From the NCBI GenBank assembly GCA_028749205.1, contig JAQULR010000002.1, forward strand, positions 59,644 through 123,643: a DNA stretch of 64,000 nucleotides, given 5' to 3'. The notes below the pieces were generated by a model, which did not search any database, was not told where the DNA came from, and was given only the letters and a program-made list of their open reading frames with translations. The position numbers and the translations under genes are program-made. This document shows, one piece after another, positions 49,357 through 59,992 of the stretch. The first letter of the stretch is position 1. Each line of letters starts with the position of its first letter. This stretch comes from Acidobacteriota bacterium (GTDB lineage: Bacteria; Acidobacteriota; Aminicenantia; Aminicenantales; Saccharicenantaceae).

Positions 49357-49557
49357 ATGCCGCTTATTGAAATACACCTTTTGCAAGGTAGAAGCAAGGA
49401 ACAGAAGAAAGCCCTGTTAGAAGCAGTAACCAGAGCTGTCCAAGAATCCATCCAGGCTGCCCCGGAAACCATCAGAGTCTGGATACAAGAATTCCCACCA
49501 GATGAATTTATGACAGCCGGCATCCTGGCTTCAGAAAGAAACAAAAAGAAGCTATAA
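49357..49557 (+). CDS. 4-oxalocrotonate tautomerase family enzyme
   Basis: MPLIEIHLLQGRS (catalytic Pro1 after Met) ; 66 aa; GGAGG RBS 7 nt upstream of this ATG (the ORF-track start at 49345 rejected). Confidence 0.7.
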   Translation: MPLIEIHLLQGRSKEQKKALLEAVTRAVQESIQAAPETIRVWIQEFPPDEFMTAGILASERNKKKL

Positions 49558-49778
49558 AACTCGGGACCTTTTAGCTCTCTATTAATAGCATAAATCCTCG
49601 GAGGGTAGTTTTCCTAAAATAATACGAACTGCTCCCCCGTTCTTTTTATATAACAGGTATGCCGCCAGAAAAAATAACAGTGGCAAGAGCCACTGCCAGA
49701 AAACCACCTGTTGTCCTGATGTTTTCTTGTCTCTATAGCTTCCCCGGCAGCCTGCCTGTTTTATTGAATTATCAAGCC

Positions 49779-52531
49779 CTAATAATTCAGATAAAAAGTA
49801 AGAGCAAAGGTCCTGGGTGGAGCATAGGAGGTTGGCATCATGTAGGTAGGCTGATCACCCCGAACATCAACTCTTAGGGCAGTCTGCATATCAAACAAAT
49901 TCATCATTCTGGCTTCAATCATCCCTCTAAATTTGCCCAGCGGGATTTCATAGGTAAGCTGCAAGTCGCAATTAACCCAGGTTTTTAATCGATGAGAGCC
50001 AGCTTTTTCCAGATAACGAAAATAATTCCCGTAATAATCCATACCTCGTTTTTCCCATGGAGCTCCACTCTGAACTCTTAGATAGCCACCCAGGCTGAAC
50101 CTTTTGGCAAATTCCCAGGTACCGAAGACTTTCAGGACATGGGACCTATCGCCAGACAGAAGTCCTTCCCTATTGGGATCACTCAGGTAAAGCCCTGGAG
50201 CATCCTCAATATAAGAAGAAGCATAAAAGAGCGCCGTTCCAGCCTGATAGTCGAGGTCCCAATTGCCTGCCAGACGGCTCCAGGTATAGGACAGGTTAAA
50301 AGACCAGCGATCAGCATACTGCCTTTTTAATTCAAAGGTTACCGCTTTATAAGTTCTTTTGGCTTGGCCAGCATAAAAATCAACAAAGTCTGCCTGTGGG
50401 ATGAGTGCCTGTATTTCTGGTGGCAAATTCTGCCATGACATTAACTGACCATCAAGGTTACCATAGACATAGCTGGATGGGCTGGTTTCACGGTTGCGAG
50501 TCGGGAAATCTTCAATAACATGTTTAAAATAGCGGTAGTCACCCCAGAGTTCAAAAGTCCAGTGACTATTTAACGGACGGCTATAGCCAACCACGAACTC
50601 ATCGGTATAAGTCGGTTTTAAATCAGGCAAAATAATTTTACCAGTTTCGTTGCCCTGAATGACGGTGGCCAGAATAGTTCCGTCTGCCTGAGCAATGTAA
50701 GCATCTGTTCTGTAAATTCGGATTGGAGCAGCAGCTCTGGCAATTGAGCGGTTATCCATATTGTTATAGCGCCCGAAACTGGCAAATATCTTATCTCTAG
50801 CTTTCAAGCTGGGTGTAAATGTAAAGCCTATTCTTGGCTGGATCTCTTTATCAAAATTGAAAGTCAAGAAAGTGTGCTTCTGGTCAGTTTTGCTGCTAAA
50901 CTCATCCCGGTTAGCCAGCAAGCCAAGTGTTAAGGTAAAGCGCTCGCCAATGGTGACATTATCCTGAAGAAAGAGGCCATAAGTCCGCCCGCGAGAATCC
51001 TGAGCCGGCTGCTCTGAATAATAGCGAGCTCTGAACGCATCCTGACCGCCATAGGTGGTGGTAATGATGCTGCCCCAGCCGTTGGCCAAACGATCCAGAT
51101 ATTCGCCGCCATCATCATAGCTAAAGCCGACCTTTATCACATGGGAACGACCGGTAAAATCGAGATATTTGGTCAGAACTAACTTAAATTCATCCCGGAA
51201 GAAGTTCTGGGTATTATATTCAGAAGCGGCACCCACATACTGGCCAGAAGCCGTCGCTCCACCCCCAATATAACCGGTCGCCGTTCTAAAATAACCCATA
51301 GTCCACGGCTCAAGATAATTGAATGGTTCAGGTAAATAACCCAGTTCAGTTATTGGCAAGCTGGAGTAATTTTCTTTGACATGATCATATTTTGCCTCCA
51401 GCAGGGTTGATTGATTAATTGTCCAGACCCACGAAGCATAGATGATTCTTGATAGGCCATCCCCGTTGAGGGCTACTGTTGGATGAGAATTTACTCCAAC
51501 CCCGGTATTCTTTTCAGTGTAATCGTTATTCCTAATACTTACAGCAAACAAATGGGCCCGCCAGGGATTGGCAGTAATTTTGGCGAACAATTCAGTCGAA
51601 TTAGTTTTAGCATCAGGCACAGGACCGAGGTTATTTATTCGGCCAGTAGTCTTGGAATAAGGTAAATTTGCCGAGACATACCACCAGACTTTATCTTTTA
51701 TTATCGGACCCCCCAACCCTATAGAGGGAGTATACTGATCATATTTGGTAACTAAACTCGGGTCATGACTTTTCCAGGTAAAGTCAGCAGGATGAAGGAT
51801 AAAACGGAGAGTTCCAGATACTTTATTTGAGCCCGACCTGGTGATGGCATTAGTCACCATACCAGCGGCCCGCCCGAATTCAGCGCTAATGCCTCCCCTT
51901 TTTATGTTAACTTCCTGAATATCCATTTCGGAAAAATTGGCGCCCAGATATCCATAAAAGGGATTGGTAATATTGGAGCCATCATAAAGATAGACATTAT
52001 CCTGCTTATTACCGCCTGCATTGGGAGCAAAATCGCGGTTATCAGCTACCCCTGGGGCCAGTTGAAAAAGAGAAGAATAAGAACGTCCGAGAGGTAATTT
52101 CTGGACTATCTCAGATACCCAGTTAGATGAGACTTCAGTCGACTTCAGGTCAATTACTGGGGTAGCAGCTATGACCGTAACTTCCTCGTAAATTTTTCCA
52201 ATAGGCTGCAAGACGGCATTAACATAAGTCTGACGGTCAACTGCCACCACTACTTGAGCTGTAAAATCGATCATTTCGGGATGAGTTACCACCAGGGAAT
52301 ACTGGCCGGGTGGCAGTGCTTGAAACAGGAAGCCGCCGTCTTTTCCGGTAATAAACTCCCTGCCGAGTGGCAAAGGCTTTCCAGAAATGACAACCGTAGC
52401 CCCTTCCAGAATCTGGCCATCAGCACTTTTTGCCACCCCGCGAACTGAACCTCTTTCCTGGGCCAGACCCTGAACAGAGGCCAGGAATAGAACTAACGAT
52501 ACTATAAAGATGATTTTAAGATTTTTAGGCA
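49779..52531 (-). CDS. TonB-dependent receptor-like outer membrane protein with N-terminal carboxypeptidase-regulatory-like domain
   Basis: Signal peptide, CarboxypepD_reg-like beta-sandwich (GSVRGVAKSADGQ...), plug and long beta-barrel, aromatic C-terminus; start at ATG with GGAGGG RBS (ORF track extends to 52607). Confidence 0.75.
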
Positions 52532-52592
52532 TCTTGCCCTCCTTATAGCACCATCCAATTTTGATTAAACTTCCCTTCCAGTCCTTAAAACT

Positions 52593-52619
52593 AATTATAT
52601 TTGTCATTTTTTTAAGTCA
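52593..52619 (-). promoter_or_regulatory. candidate promoter for the first TBDR gene (TTGACT-N15-TATAAT on minus strand)
   Basis: Perfect -35 and -10 hexamers but short 15-nt spacer; ~75 nt upstream of the start codon. Confidence 0.3.
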
Positions 52620-52910
52620 ATAAAAATAGTTGTTAGACCTGCATTATTCATAAAACTTAACAAGTCTTGAGATTTCGAATCATCATATGTAGGGAGATTT
52701 GGACATGATACGATCTTCCTATGCATCACAAAGTCCAGGGATTTAGCTTAGGAATGAATGGTAAATTTTGATAATTTTTCGGTGTGGGGTTCTGCTTACT
52801 GTATAAGAAGCAGATAGTACACTTTAGCCTGTAGAGGCTCCGACTAAATTGGCCAGTATGCTAAATTTTCATCGAGAATGATCTATCGAGCCTGGGATAA
52901 AGTAGGTTTA

Positions 52911-52936
52911 TCTGGATTATTTATAAATACTCTAGG
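52911..52936 (+). repeat. intergenic repeat family, palindrome-only variant between the two TBDR genes
   Basis: TCTGGATTATTT-AT-AAATACTCTAGG; the ATAAATACTCTA 12-mer recurs at 8150. Confidence 0.5.
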
Positions 52937-53103
52937 TGATATAAGTTTTTGTCTTTATATATTTCTTAAGCCTCCTTGATGATTGCCCCAAATCCACTTT
53001 TCAGATGCAGAATCCAGGATTGCCATGTTAATTTGACAACTTCTTTGGCCACTTTGTTACAAAAATAAGACTCTAAACAGAATTCTTTTCTTTTTCATTC
53101 GCC

Positions 53104-53139
53104 AAAAAAAGAGCCTCTTACTTTTCAGGAAGAGGCTCC
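53104..53139 (-). terminator. rho-independent terminator of the second TBDR gene
   Basis: Perfect 9-bp stem GAGCCTCTT/AAGAGGCTC with 11-nt loop, followed on the minus strand by a 7-T run. Confidence 0.65.
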
Positions 53140-53169
53140 AGAAAGATTTGCGTGAACTTCTAATCAGTC

Positions 53170-56100
53170 TCAGAAAGAAAACCGGAATCCAAGTCGCATT
53201 GACCAGGTCCCAAACCGTGTCGCCCACTGGCCAAAGGCCGGATGCGGGTCTCCATATTCTTGGGCCCATTGTTGATAGTTCTCAGCCAGAGTGCCGTCGA
53301 GAATTTCTTCATCATCGGCCCAAATCGAGGTTCTGTTAAGGTCAGTATTTTTGCTCTGGATAGTCTTGGTGTTGGTTACATTGTTAATCTGCAGATTTAT
53401 AGCAGCTGTATATTTACCAGCCAGTTTCAGGGCATACTCCAGAAAAATATCAGCCCAGAAAGTAAACGGCAACCGCCCAATATCGGCCCTATTTTCTGGA
53501 TAAATGTATCTGTTGTTCATACGCAGATTGGTAGTCAAGGGAAGTCCGCTACGACCGTAGGCAGTCAATCCTACTGTTAAGCCAAAGGGGAAAACATAAG
53601 AACCGTAGGCCTTGAAATAATGGGTTCGGTCATGAGGCATTGGACCTTTAAGCACATTGCCATAGACATCGTAGGCCATGAACCAATCATCATAATAAAG
53701 AGTAACATTAGGAGCGTTTCGTCCATCTTCATCTGCACTGCTTAAGCCAGAATAGTTACCTTGAACCCGACTTAAGGTATAGTTGATGCCACCCATCCAG
53801 TTATCACTGAATCTTTTTTCCAGAGACAGGTTCATACCATAGTAATCTCTCTTAGCTTTAGGGACTGGCCAATACTCATCGGCAAACTTACCCCCCTCAG
53901 AGATTGGACGGGAATACCCATAACCAGGGTTGGTAATGTAAAAAATTTCTTGAAGGGTCTCATCAACCCATTCCAGAGCTCCAACGTCTTCTATTGTCCG
54001 GATCAGATGTTTATAGACCAGCCTGGCCGACAAAGATAGGTGCTCAGTCAGTTTTTTTTCTGCCCCGAAGGACAGTTCACTCTGAGCTGCTGGTTTAAGG
54101 TCAGGGTCAATTCGGTCAAAAGAAGGTGGCAGGTAATCAAGAGTTCCAGCATAGGTATTATTATATTCCTGGCTTTCTCTGTCATCCCGCACGCCGCTTG
54201 CCCCAATCTTAGTCCAATCAGGATCTTGAAGAGCATAGAAATCTCTTTTGTGCTTCCATCCGCCAAAACTCAACACCGCTATGTAAAGCTTCATAACATC
54301 ATAGTAGATCCCATAACTGGCGAACAGCTTCAGGTTGGAATCCCCAAAGACGTCATAAACTACACCGATCCTGGGAGCAATTTTGTCAGTGAATTTGAAA
54401 TTAACAGGCTTTTTAATGTCAGCATACATCGGGTCATCGGTAAACGAGGGTATATATTCATTTTCAGCCCTGACTCCAAAATTTAAGGTCAGCCGATTTT
54501 TGATGGTCCAAGAATCCTGCAGGTAGAGGGCCCAGTTATTGCTTCTGGCATTCCAGACCCCACCGTAAGGGGCAGTCCAACCGCTACGAATATAGTAATA
54601 ACCATACTGACCATAGTATTCACTCGATGGATCTGCACCCACTCCGACGGGGAATCCAAGGGCATTGGAAGTGCGGTTCCAATATAGATAGACTCTGGGA
54701 TATGGTGAAAAATCGAGAACATCTTCATGGAGCTGGATGAATTGAACGCCAGCTTTCCAAGCATGCTCACCCATCCAGGTGAGATAATAGGTAGCATCGA
54801 GATTGGCACTGATTTTTTCATAGAGTCTTTTTTGTGTCTCCATATAGGTTCCGGAATCGGTCCAGTAGGCATAATGCAAAAGATCTGGATTTTCCTGGAA
54901 GAAAGGGTCATCTTCAAAAACATAGTTGGAAGTATAATAATAAAAGGTGGTGTGAGGAGGTGGCTGAATCCGCTGATTAGTGGTGTTCTGTCTGTGCCAG
55001 CCGGCCCGCAGACTTATGAGAAAATTATTACTCGTAGAATAATCAGCACTGAAAGAAGTGGAGTGGTCAGGATAGTCATAACCTTCTTTAAACCATTCGT
55101 AATCGTATGAAGATGTCCCGCCAATTGAGGGGATAGCTCCACGATATTTATAAAAATTATTGACGAAACTGGCTGAAAGCCGTAAGCCCTGAATTGGGGC
55201 GGCTGTAATCTTGAATGACCCGTTGTAATAAACATCCTTATTGCTGAAATGATAAAAAGGACCCTCCCTGGAATTAAAATCACGCAGAGCAATAGTTTGG
55301 CCGTAAATAGGATTAAAAGCAGCAAAGAACCAAAAACGATCCTTTAAGATGTATCCACCAAGGCTGACTGCAGCTTCCAGTCTGTAATAGTTATCTCGTT
55401 TTTTGCCCCCATCAAAATACAAGTCATCCTGATTGACATATTCATACACATCAACATCATAAGGATTTTGCCTGAGATAATCTCTGGTTTTGCCCTGCAT
55501 CCAGGTTTTGTTGTTTTCATAATAAGTAATCAAATCTCCGTGGAAGACATTACCACCGGACCTGGTAATAACATTTACCACCCCGCCCATCGAGCCGCCG
55601 AATTCAGCGTTATAGCCAGAGGCCACCACCTTAACTTCGTCTATCAATTCAAGAACAACATTTTGAGCTCTGGTTCCAACATGAATGCTGGTAACGTCAG
55701 TACCATCTACATGCCAGACATTTTCAGCACCCGAAGCTCCATCCATAGAATAACCTCCGACCTTGCTTTCATACTGAACCCCGGGGACGATGCTAATTAA
55801 AGAATCAAAACTGCGACCACGCGGCAAAGCCATGAACGTTTCTTTATTCATTACCTGCCCTTTAACCGTGGTTTTCACATCGATTAGCGGCGCCTCCCCA
55901 ATAACAGTGACTTCTTCCTCAACTGCTGCTGGCTCCAGGGTTATGTTTAAAATTAAGGTCTGAGACAGCTCAAGATATATATCCTTCCTGACTATTCTCT
56001 TAAAACCAGGAAGGCTGAAGGTTATTTCGTAAGTTCCTGATGGCAAAGCCAGAAGACGATAAACTCCGTTGCCATCAGTTACGGCCGTAGCCCTGCCGAC

Positions 56101-56262
56101 TAGCTTCGGGCTGGTGGCCTCAACATTTACTCCGGGCAGTGAATTACCCTGATCATCTACCACTCGGCCTGAGATTATGCCTTCTGGCATTATCTGACCC
56201 AGGGACAATCCGGCAGTCAGGAGTAATAAAAAAACAAAAACCAAAGGACAAATCTTTTTCAT
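53170..56262 (-). CDS. TonB-dependent receptor-like outer membrane protein with N-terminal carboxypeptidase-regulatory-like domain
   Basis: Signal peptide, CarboxypepD_reg domain (ISGRVVDDQGNSLPGVNVE), plug, barrel, terminal ...FRFSF; AAGGAGGAA RBS; 1030 aa. Confidence 0.75.
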   Translation of the reverse strand: MKKICPLVFVFLLLLTAGLSLGQIMPEGIISGRVVDDQGNSLPGVNVEATSPKLVGRATAVTDGNGVYRLLALPSGTYEITFSLPGFKRIVRKDIYLELSQTLILNITLEPAAVEEEVTVIGEAPLIDVKTTVKGQVMNKETFMALPRGRSFDSLISIVPGVQYESKVGGYSMDGASGAENVWHVDGTDVTSIHVGTRAQNVVLELIDEVKVVASGYNAEFGGSMGGVVNVITRSGGNVFHGDLITYYENNKTWMQGKTRDYLRQNPYDVDVYEYVNQDDLYFDGGKKRDNYYRLEAAVSLGGYILKDRFWFFAAFNPIYGQTIALRDFNSREGPFYHFSNKDVYYNGSFKITAAPIQGLRLSASFVNNFYKYRGAIPSIGGTSSYDYEWFKEGYDYPDHSTSFSADYSTSNNFLISLRAGWHRQNTTNQRIQPPPHTTFYYYTSNYVFEDDPFFQENPDLLHYAYWTDSGTYMETQKRLYEKISANLDATYYLTWMGEHAWKAGVQFIQLHEDVLDFSPYPRVYLYWNRTSNALGFPVGVGADPSSEYYGQYGYYYIRSGWTAPYGGVWNARSNNWALYLQDSWTIKNRLTLNFGVRAENEYIPSFTDDPMYADIKKPVNFKFTDKIAPRIGVVYDVFGDSNLKLFASYGIYYDVMKLYIAVLSFGGWKHKRDFYALQDPDWTKIGASGVRDDRESQEYNNTYAGTLDYLPPSFDRIDPDLKPAAQSELSFGAEKKLTEHLSLSARLVYKHLIRTIEDVGALEWVDETLQEIFYITNPGYGYSRPISEGGKFADEYWPVPKAKRDYYGMNLSLEKRFSDNWMGGINYTLSRVQGNYSGLSSADEDGRNAPNVTLYYDDWFMAYDVYGNVLKGPMPHDRTHYFKAYGSYVFPFGLTVGLTAYGRSGLPLTTNLRMNNRYIYPENRADIGRLPFTFWADIFLEYALKLAGKYTAAINLQINNVTNTKTIQSKNTDLNRTSIWADDEEILDGTLAENYQQWAQEYGDPHPAFGQWATRFGTWSMRLGFRFSF

Positions 56263-56858
56263 TTGCTTAGTTCCTCCTTTTTTTAGGATGCCCTCAACCT
56301 GGAGGAGTTTTAATCCTCCTGCCGATAACTTTAATTAAAACTATCTTAGCCAACAACTCATTCTTTCTCCTTTTTGCTTAGTCTCACACTTTTACCCTTT
56401 TTAGGATAAGCATATCTCTAACTATAAAAACTTGTCAAGAAAAATTATTTCTCTTTGGATCATCGCATCCACCATATAGTCGGGGCATATAAACTCCAAA
56501 AAATAAAAAACTCCCTTTCTTCGCGAGGATTGACATCTTTTGGAAAATCAAAATTTTATGGACTGAAATAAAGCCGCTAAATTAAGCTTGGTTATTCATA
56601 AATAATCCTCCAACAATCCAAGTGGGCAACAATCTGTTTCAGACGTTGTAACGAATTCTGATATTTTTAATCGTTAAAATTATCAAACTTGAAGCCCTGA
56701 CAATTTTAATCTCTGGGCAGGTTAAAAGCGAATTTTCGGCCCAAGCTAACACCGGTAAATTGCTTCTATTGTAAAAGGGAGAAGCAAGCACAGAAAGCTT
56801 ATAAAGATCTTCCTTTCATCCTGGGCAAAAATATAGAACCCCTTCCTCTCTGGGTGAA

Positions 56859-56944
56859 TGCCGGAGGAGGGAGTCGAACCCACACCCGAAATGAATCGGA
56901 CTGGATTTTGAGTCCAGCGCGTCTGCCTATTCCGCCACTCCGGC
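56859..56944 (-). tRNA. tRNA-Leu (anticodon CAA)
   Basis: 86-nt cloverleaf: acceptor GCCGGAG/CTCCGGC, anticodon stem CTGGA/TCCAG with loop CTCAAAA, long variable arm (CCGA...TCGG), TTCGACT T-loop; CCA not encoded. Confidence 0.85.
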
Positions 56945-57253
56945 AAACAAAAGGCTAATAAACTATAAATAAATCGTCAGACTTTTTCAAGATTGCCCGC
57001 AGGGGATTTAAGCAGTTAATTCTATTAGATGATCTCTTTTTAGCAAGCATCGTATTTTCAGAAAATGCCTTTTATTCTAACTCCAGCGGGGGCAGATGAC
57101 CAAGAGGCAGGGAATTGGCCTGCTTATGCCTCTACCATTGAATATAATCAGACCTGGATGCCTTCCAAAGGCCGGAGAGAGATATAATTCCTAAGGTTAA
57201 TGAATTTGCTCCCGTTCATTGCCATTATCCTCCCTCTCTGCTATATATCTGTT

Positions 57254-57868
57254 ATGCCGACTGAAAAAAGACTGAACAAGATAGTTTCGGTTCTTTCCAG
57301 GCGCCAGCCCGACCTTCGAGTGGTTCTGGAAGATGTTACCATAGCTCATAATGCCAGTGCTGTGGCCAGGACCTGTGAAGCAGTCGGAGTCCTGAATTTA
57401 CACCTTATCTCAAGAGAGCCAGAAAAGGTTGTTTTTAACGAAGCTATTTCTACCAGAGCCGAAAAATGGCTAAATCTCATTTTCCATAACACGACCGAGG
57501 AATGCTTATCGTCCTTCAAGGAAAAGGGATATAGAATAGCGGTTACCTCTCTATCCGGAAAAACTATCCCCTATACTGAAATTGATTATTGCCAGCCAAT
57601 GGCCATTGTTTTCGGGAATGAATCTATGGGAGCTTCCAAACAGGCAGTTTCTCTGGCCGATTATGCCATTCAAATACCAATGGTCGGAATGGTGCAAAGC
57701 CTGAATCTTTCAGTTTCAGTTGGAATCATACTTTATGAGGCTTTCCGGCAGCGGCGGGAAAGAGGTTTTTATTCAACCTGCCGCCTCGAATCTGAGGAAT
57801 ATGACCGGTTTCTGAAAGATTGGCTCCGCAACCTTAAATCCCGCCAGCCTTTTAATCAGAAGAAATAA
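57254..57868 (+). CDS. trmH: tRNA (guanosine-2'-O)-methyltransferase, SpoU/TrmH family
   Basis: SVLSRRQPDLRVVLEDV...HNASAVARTCEAVGV parallels the E. coli TrmH N-terminus; start by homology, but the upstream in-frame ATG at 57200 cannot be excluded. Confidence 0.75.
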   Translation: MPTEKRLNKIVSVLSRRQPDLRVVLEDVTIAHNASAVARTCEAVGVLNLHLISREPEKVVFNEAISTRAEKWLNLIFHNTTEECLSSFKEKGYRIAVTSLSGKTIPYTEIDYCQPMAIVFGNESMGASKQAVSLADYAIQIPMVGMVQSLNLSVSVGIILYEAFRQRRERGFYSTCRLESEEYDRFLKDWLRNLKSRQPFNQKK

Positions 57869-57893
57869 AAAGGGCGAGGTTTTCACCCCGCCC
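57861..57893 (-). terminator. candidate terminator between convergent trmH and HtrA-like genes
   Basis: GGGCGAGG / CCCCGCCC imperfect GC stem with TTTTCA loop; T run on the minus-strand side. Confidence 0.4.
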
Positions 57894-57916
57894 GTATGAA
57901 GAATGGAGCAGGTCCT

Positions 57917-59593
57917 TCAGATTCTTCTCATTGAATCAAAGTAAAATAAGTTAAGGTTTCGGCCGGCTTTAGTCAGCTTTTCTGTTAACTCTTTAGTTTT
58001 TTCCCCAACCTCTGATTGAAGATTAGCCAAGGTTTCCTTATAGGCTTCCAGTTGTTGCTTATTTTTTTCCAACCATTCTTTCTGCCATTCCTTCATTTCT
58101 TGATAATAATTCCTGGCGACCTCCTTGGTTTCTTCTGTAAACTTTTCCACTCTAAGCCAGCCTCTTCTTTCTTCTTCTGCTACTTCTACTTCAACCTTCA
58201 GCTTCTTTTTATCTCTGATTATGTCCAGAGAGAGCCTTTCTCCTTTTTTCTTTTTCTGAATCAAGTCAGTTAGATCTTCTATAGTTTCTACCCGTTTTCC
58301 ATCAGCCGATACAATCACATCGCCCACCTTCAGTCCAGCTTTTTCGGCTGGACTCCCAGGATTAATTCTGGAAATCAACAGTCCCCGACCGTCAAGAACC
58401 CCAAAATACCTGGAAAGCTCTGGGTTGAGCTGCTCCAGATAAACTCCGATAAATCTGTACTGTTCAACTACATCTCCGAATTTAAATCTCTCAGCTTCAG
58501 TAAACCTGGGTAATTCTGGCATGGGGGGTAATGCCGGCATCCGGCGGAATAAATCTGGAAATCTCAATTCCAGCTCTCGTCGGGCTTCTTCTTCTGGGAC
58601 TGCCCCCAGCTTTATTTTAATGTTCTGAATCTGGCCTTGTCTTTCTATGGTCAGATTTATTGTGGTGCCTGGCTGGCGATTTCTAATTTCAGAAACTAAT
58701 TGATCAGAGGATCGGATGTCTTCACCGTCTATTTTAAGTATTATGTCGCCTATTTTTAAATTAACCAGTTCAGCCGGGCTTTTATCTTCAACAAAGGTAA
58801 TAACCACCCGGCCATCCCTGTCTTCGGCTATGGAGACACCCAGCCAACCACGTTCCACGCGACCTTTGGTCTTGATTTCCTGGAAGACATGCTTTACCAG
58901 TTCTACCGGCATTGCCATAGCCATGCCGGCGGCCGGAGCTTCAGCTTGACTCAAAACATAGCCGGCAGCAGTAGCTTCCCTGTCTCTGAAACGGAAAACT
59001 ATCGGCCTGTCTTCTAAATATACTCCACGCAACAGACCAACCAGCCGGCCCTTTTCATCAAGAATCGGTGCACCGCTCATCCCTGGCGTAACCCAGAGAT
59101 TCAGCCGCAAACGATCTTTAGCCACAGCACTCACTATTCCCTGAGTCACTGTTATCCCGGCATCAGAAGCCAAGCCAAGAGCACAAATCCAGGATCCAGG
59201 ACTCAAATCCTTAGCCGAGCCGCTACTAATAGCTGGAAGTTTTCCGCCCTTAAACTGAAGGATAGCTATCCTGGTTTCAGGATCAAAACCCAGAAAATCT
59301 GCTTGGTACTGATTACCACCACTATCTATCACCACAAGTTTCTCATCTCTGGGAGATATCAGAGCCGTAGTAGCTATATAACCTTCTTTATCTATAACTA
59401 CACCAGTAGCTACTCTTTTGAATCCGTTTCTAACTTCAACTCTGACCACCGACGGAGAGGCTTTCTTGACAACTTCAGTAGCATCACGATCAGCTGCTAA
59501 AATTGAACCCGGATTGGCCAGACCAAATAATAATGCACAGATTAATATCAGGTAAGTTAATCCTAACCTGAAAATCTTAATCTTGTCTTTCAT
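57917..59593 (-). CDS. HtrA/DegP-like trypsin-fold protein with two PDZ domains, catalytic His absent (probably non-proteolytic)
   Basis: Signal/anchor; trypsin-like domain with GMSGAP Ser motif and Asp, but no His anywhere in the ~170-aa protease domain; two PDZ-like segments; K/E-rich coiled-coil C-terminus. Confidence 0.7.
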   Translation of the reverse strand: MKDKIKIFRLGLTYLILICALLFGLANPGSILAADRDATEVVKKASPSVVRVEVRNGFKRVATGVVIDKEGYIATTALISPRDEKLVVIDSGGNQYQADFLGFDPETRIAILQFKGGKLPAISSGSAKDLSPGSWICALGLASDAGITVTQGIVSAVAKDRLRLNLWVTPGMSGAPILDEKGRLVGLLRGVYLEDRPIVFRFRDREATAAGYVLSQAEAPAAGMAMAMPVELVKHVFQEIKTKGRVERGWLGVSIAEDRDGRVVITFVEDKSPAELVNLKIGDIILKIDGEDIRSSDQLVSEIRNRQPGTTINLTIERQGQIQNIKIKLGAVPEEEARRELELRFPDLFRRMPALPPMPELPRFTEAERFKFGDVVEQYRFIGVYLEQLNPELSRYFGVLDGRGLLISRINPGSPAEKAGLKVGDVIVSADGKRVETIEDLTDLIQKKKKGERLSLDIIRDKKKLKVEVEVAEEERRGWLRVEKFTEETKEVARNYYQEMKEWQKEWLEKNKQQLEAYKETLANLQSEVGEKTKELTEKLTKAGRNLNLFYFDSMRRI

Positions 59594-59604
59594 TGCTAAC
59601 CTCC

Positions 59605-59979
59605 TCAGTATCTAACCTGTTGGACCCAATTATCAGATACCTGCTCCAGGATAAAAACTGTCTGAATTTCATCATTTGACCGGCGCATTTCCTGTCTTAA
59701 GTCTAAGGGCTCAACCAGATGAATCGCCTGGTCTTGAGAAGCCTCTTGAGCCATTTCAATCAAGGAGGACTCTTCCAGAGAACTCGGCTTTCTGGCAGAA
59801 GGAGAAAAAATTATTAACCCGATAATAATCAAAGTTGTCGCTCCTGCTAAACTGAATTCTAATTTCCGCAGCTTTACTCTCTTTTCTCTATTCCTCTTTA
59901 ATCTGGTCAGAACCGACTGTTCAAAGTCTGGCGGGGCTACGACTTGATTGAGCTGGCTGAGATATTTTTGGTCATCCAT
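59605..59979 (-). CDS. putative single-pass anti-sigma factor
   Basis: 124 aa, one TM helix (LAGATTLIIIGLIIF), immediately downstream of an ECF sigma gene. Confidence 0.45.
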   Translation of the reverse strand: MDDQKYLSQLNQVVAPPDFEQSVLTRLKRNREKRVKLRKLEFSLAGATTLIIIGLIIFSPSARKPSSLEESSLIEMAQEASQDQAIHLVEPLDLRQEMRRSNDEIQTVFILEQVSDNWVQQVRY

Positions 59980-59992
59980 CTAAGCTCTCCAC

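Noticed and set aside
52532-52900. Cobalamin or other riboswitch in the long leader upstream of the first TBDR-like gene
   Set aside because: No B12 box (CAGTGGC on the coding strand) or other riboswitch core that I can recognise. Only a generic hairpin (CTGCTT..AAGCAG at 52790-52812) is present. Left as unassigned leader.
56746-56946. 66-aa ORF on the minus strand overlapping the tRNA-Leu gene
   Set aside because: It overlaps a well-formed tRNA cloverleaf on the same strand, so it is spurious.
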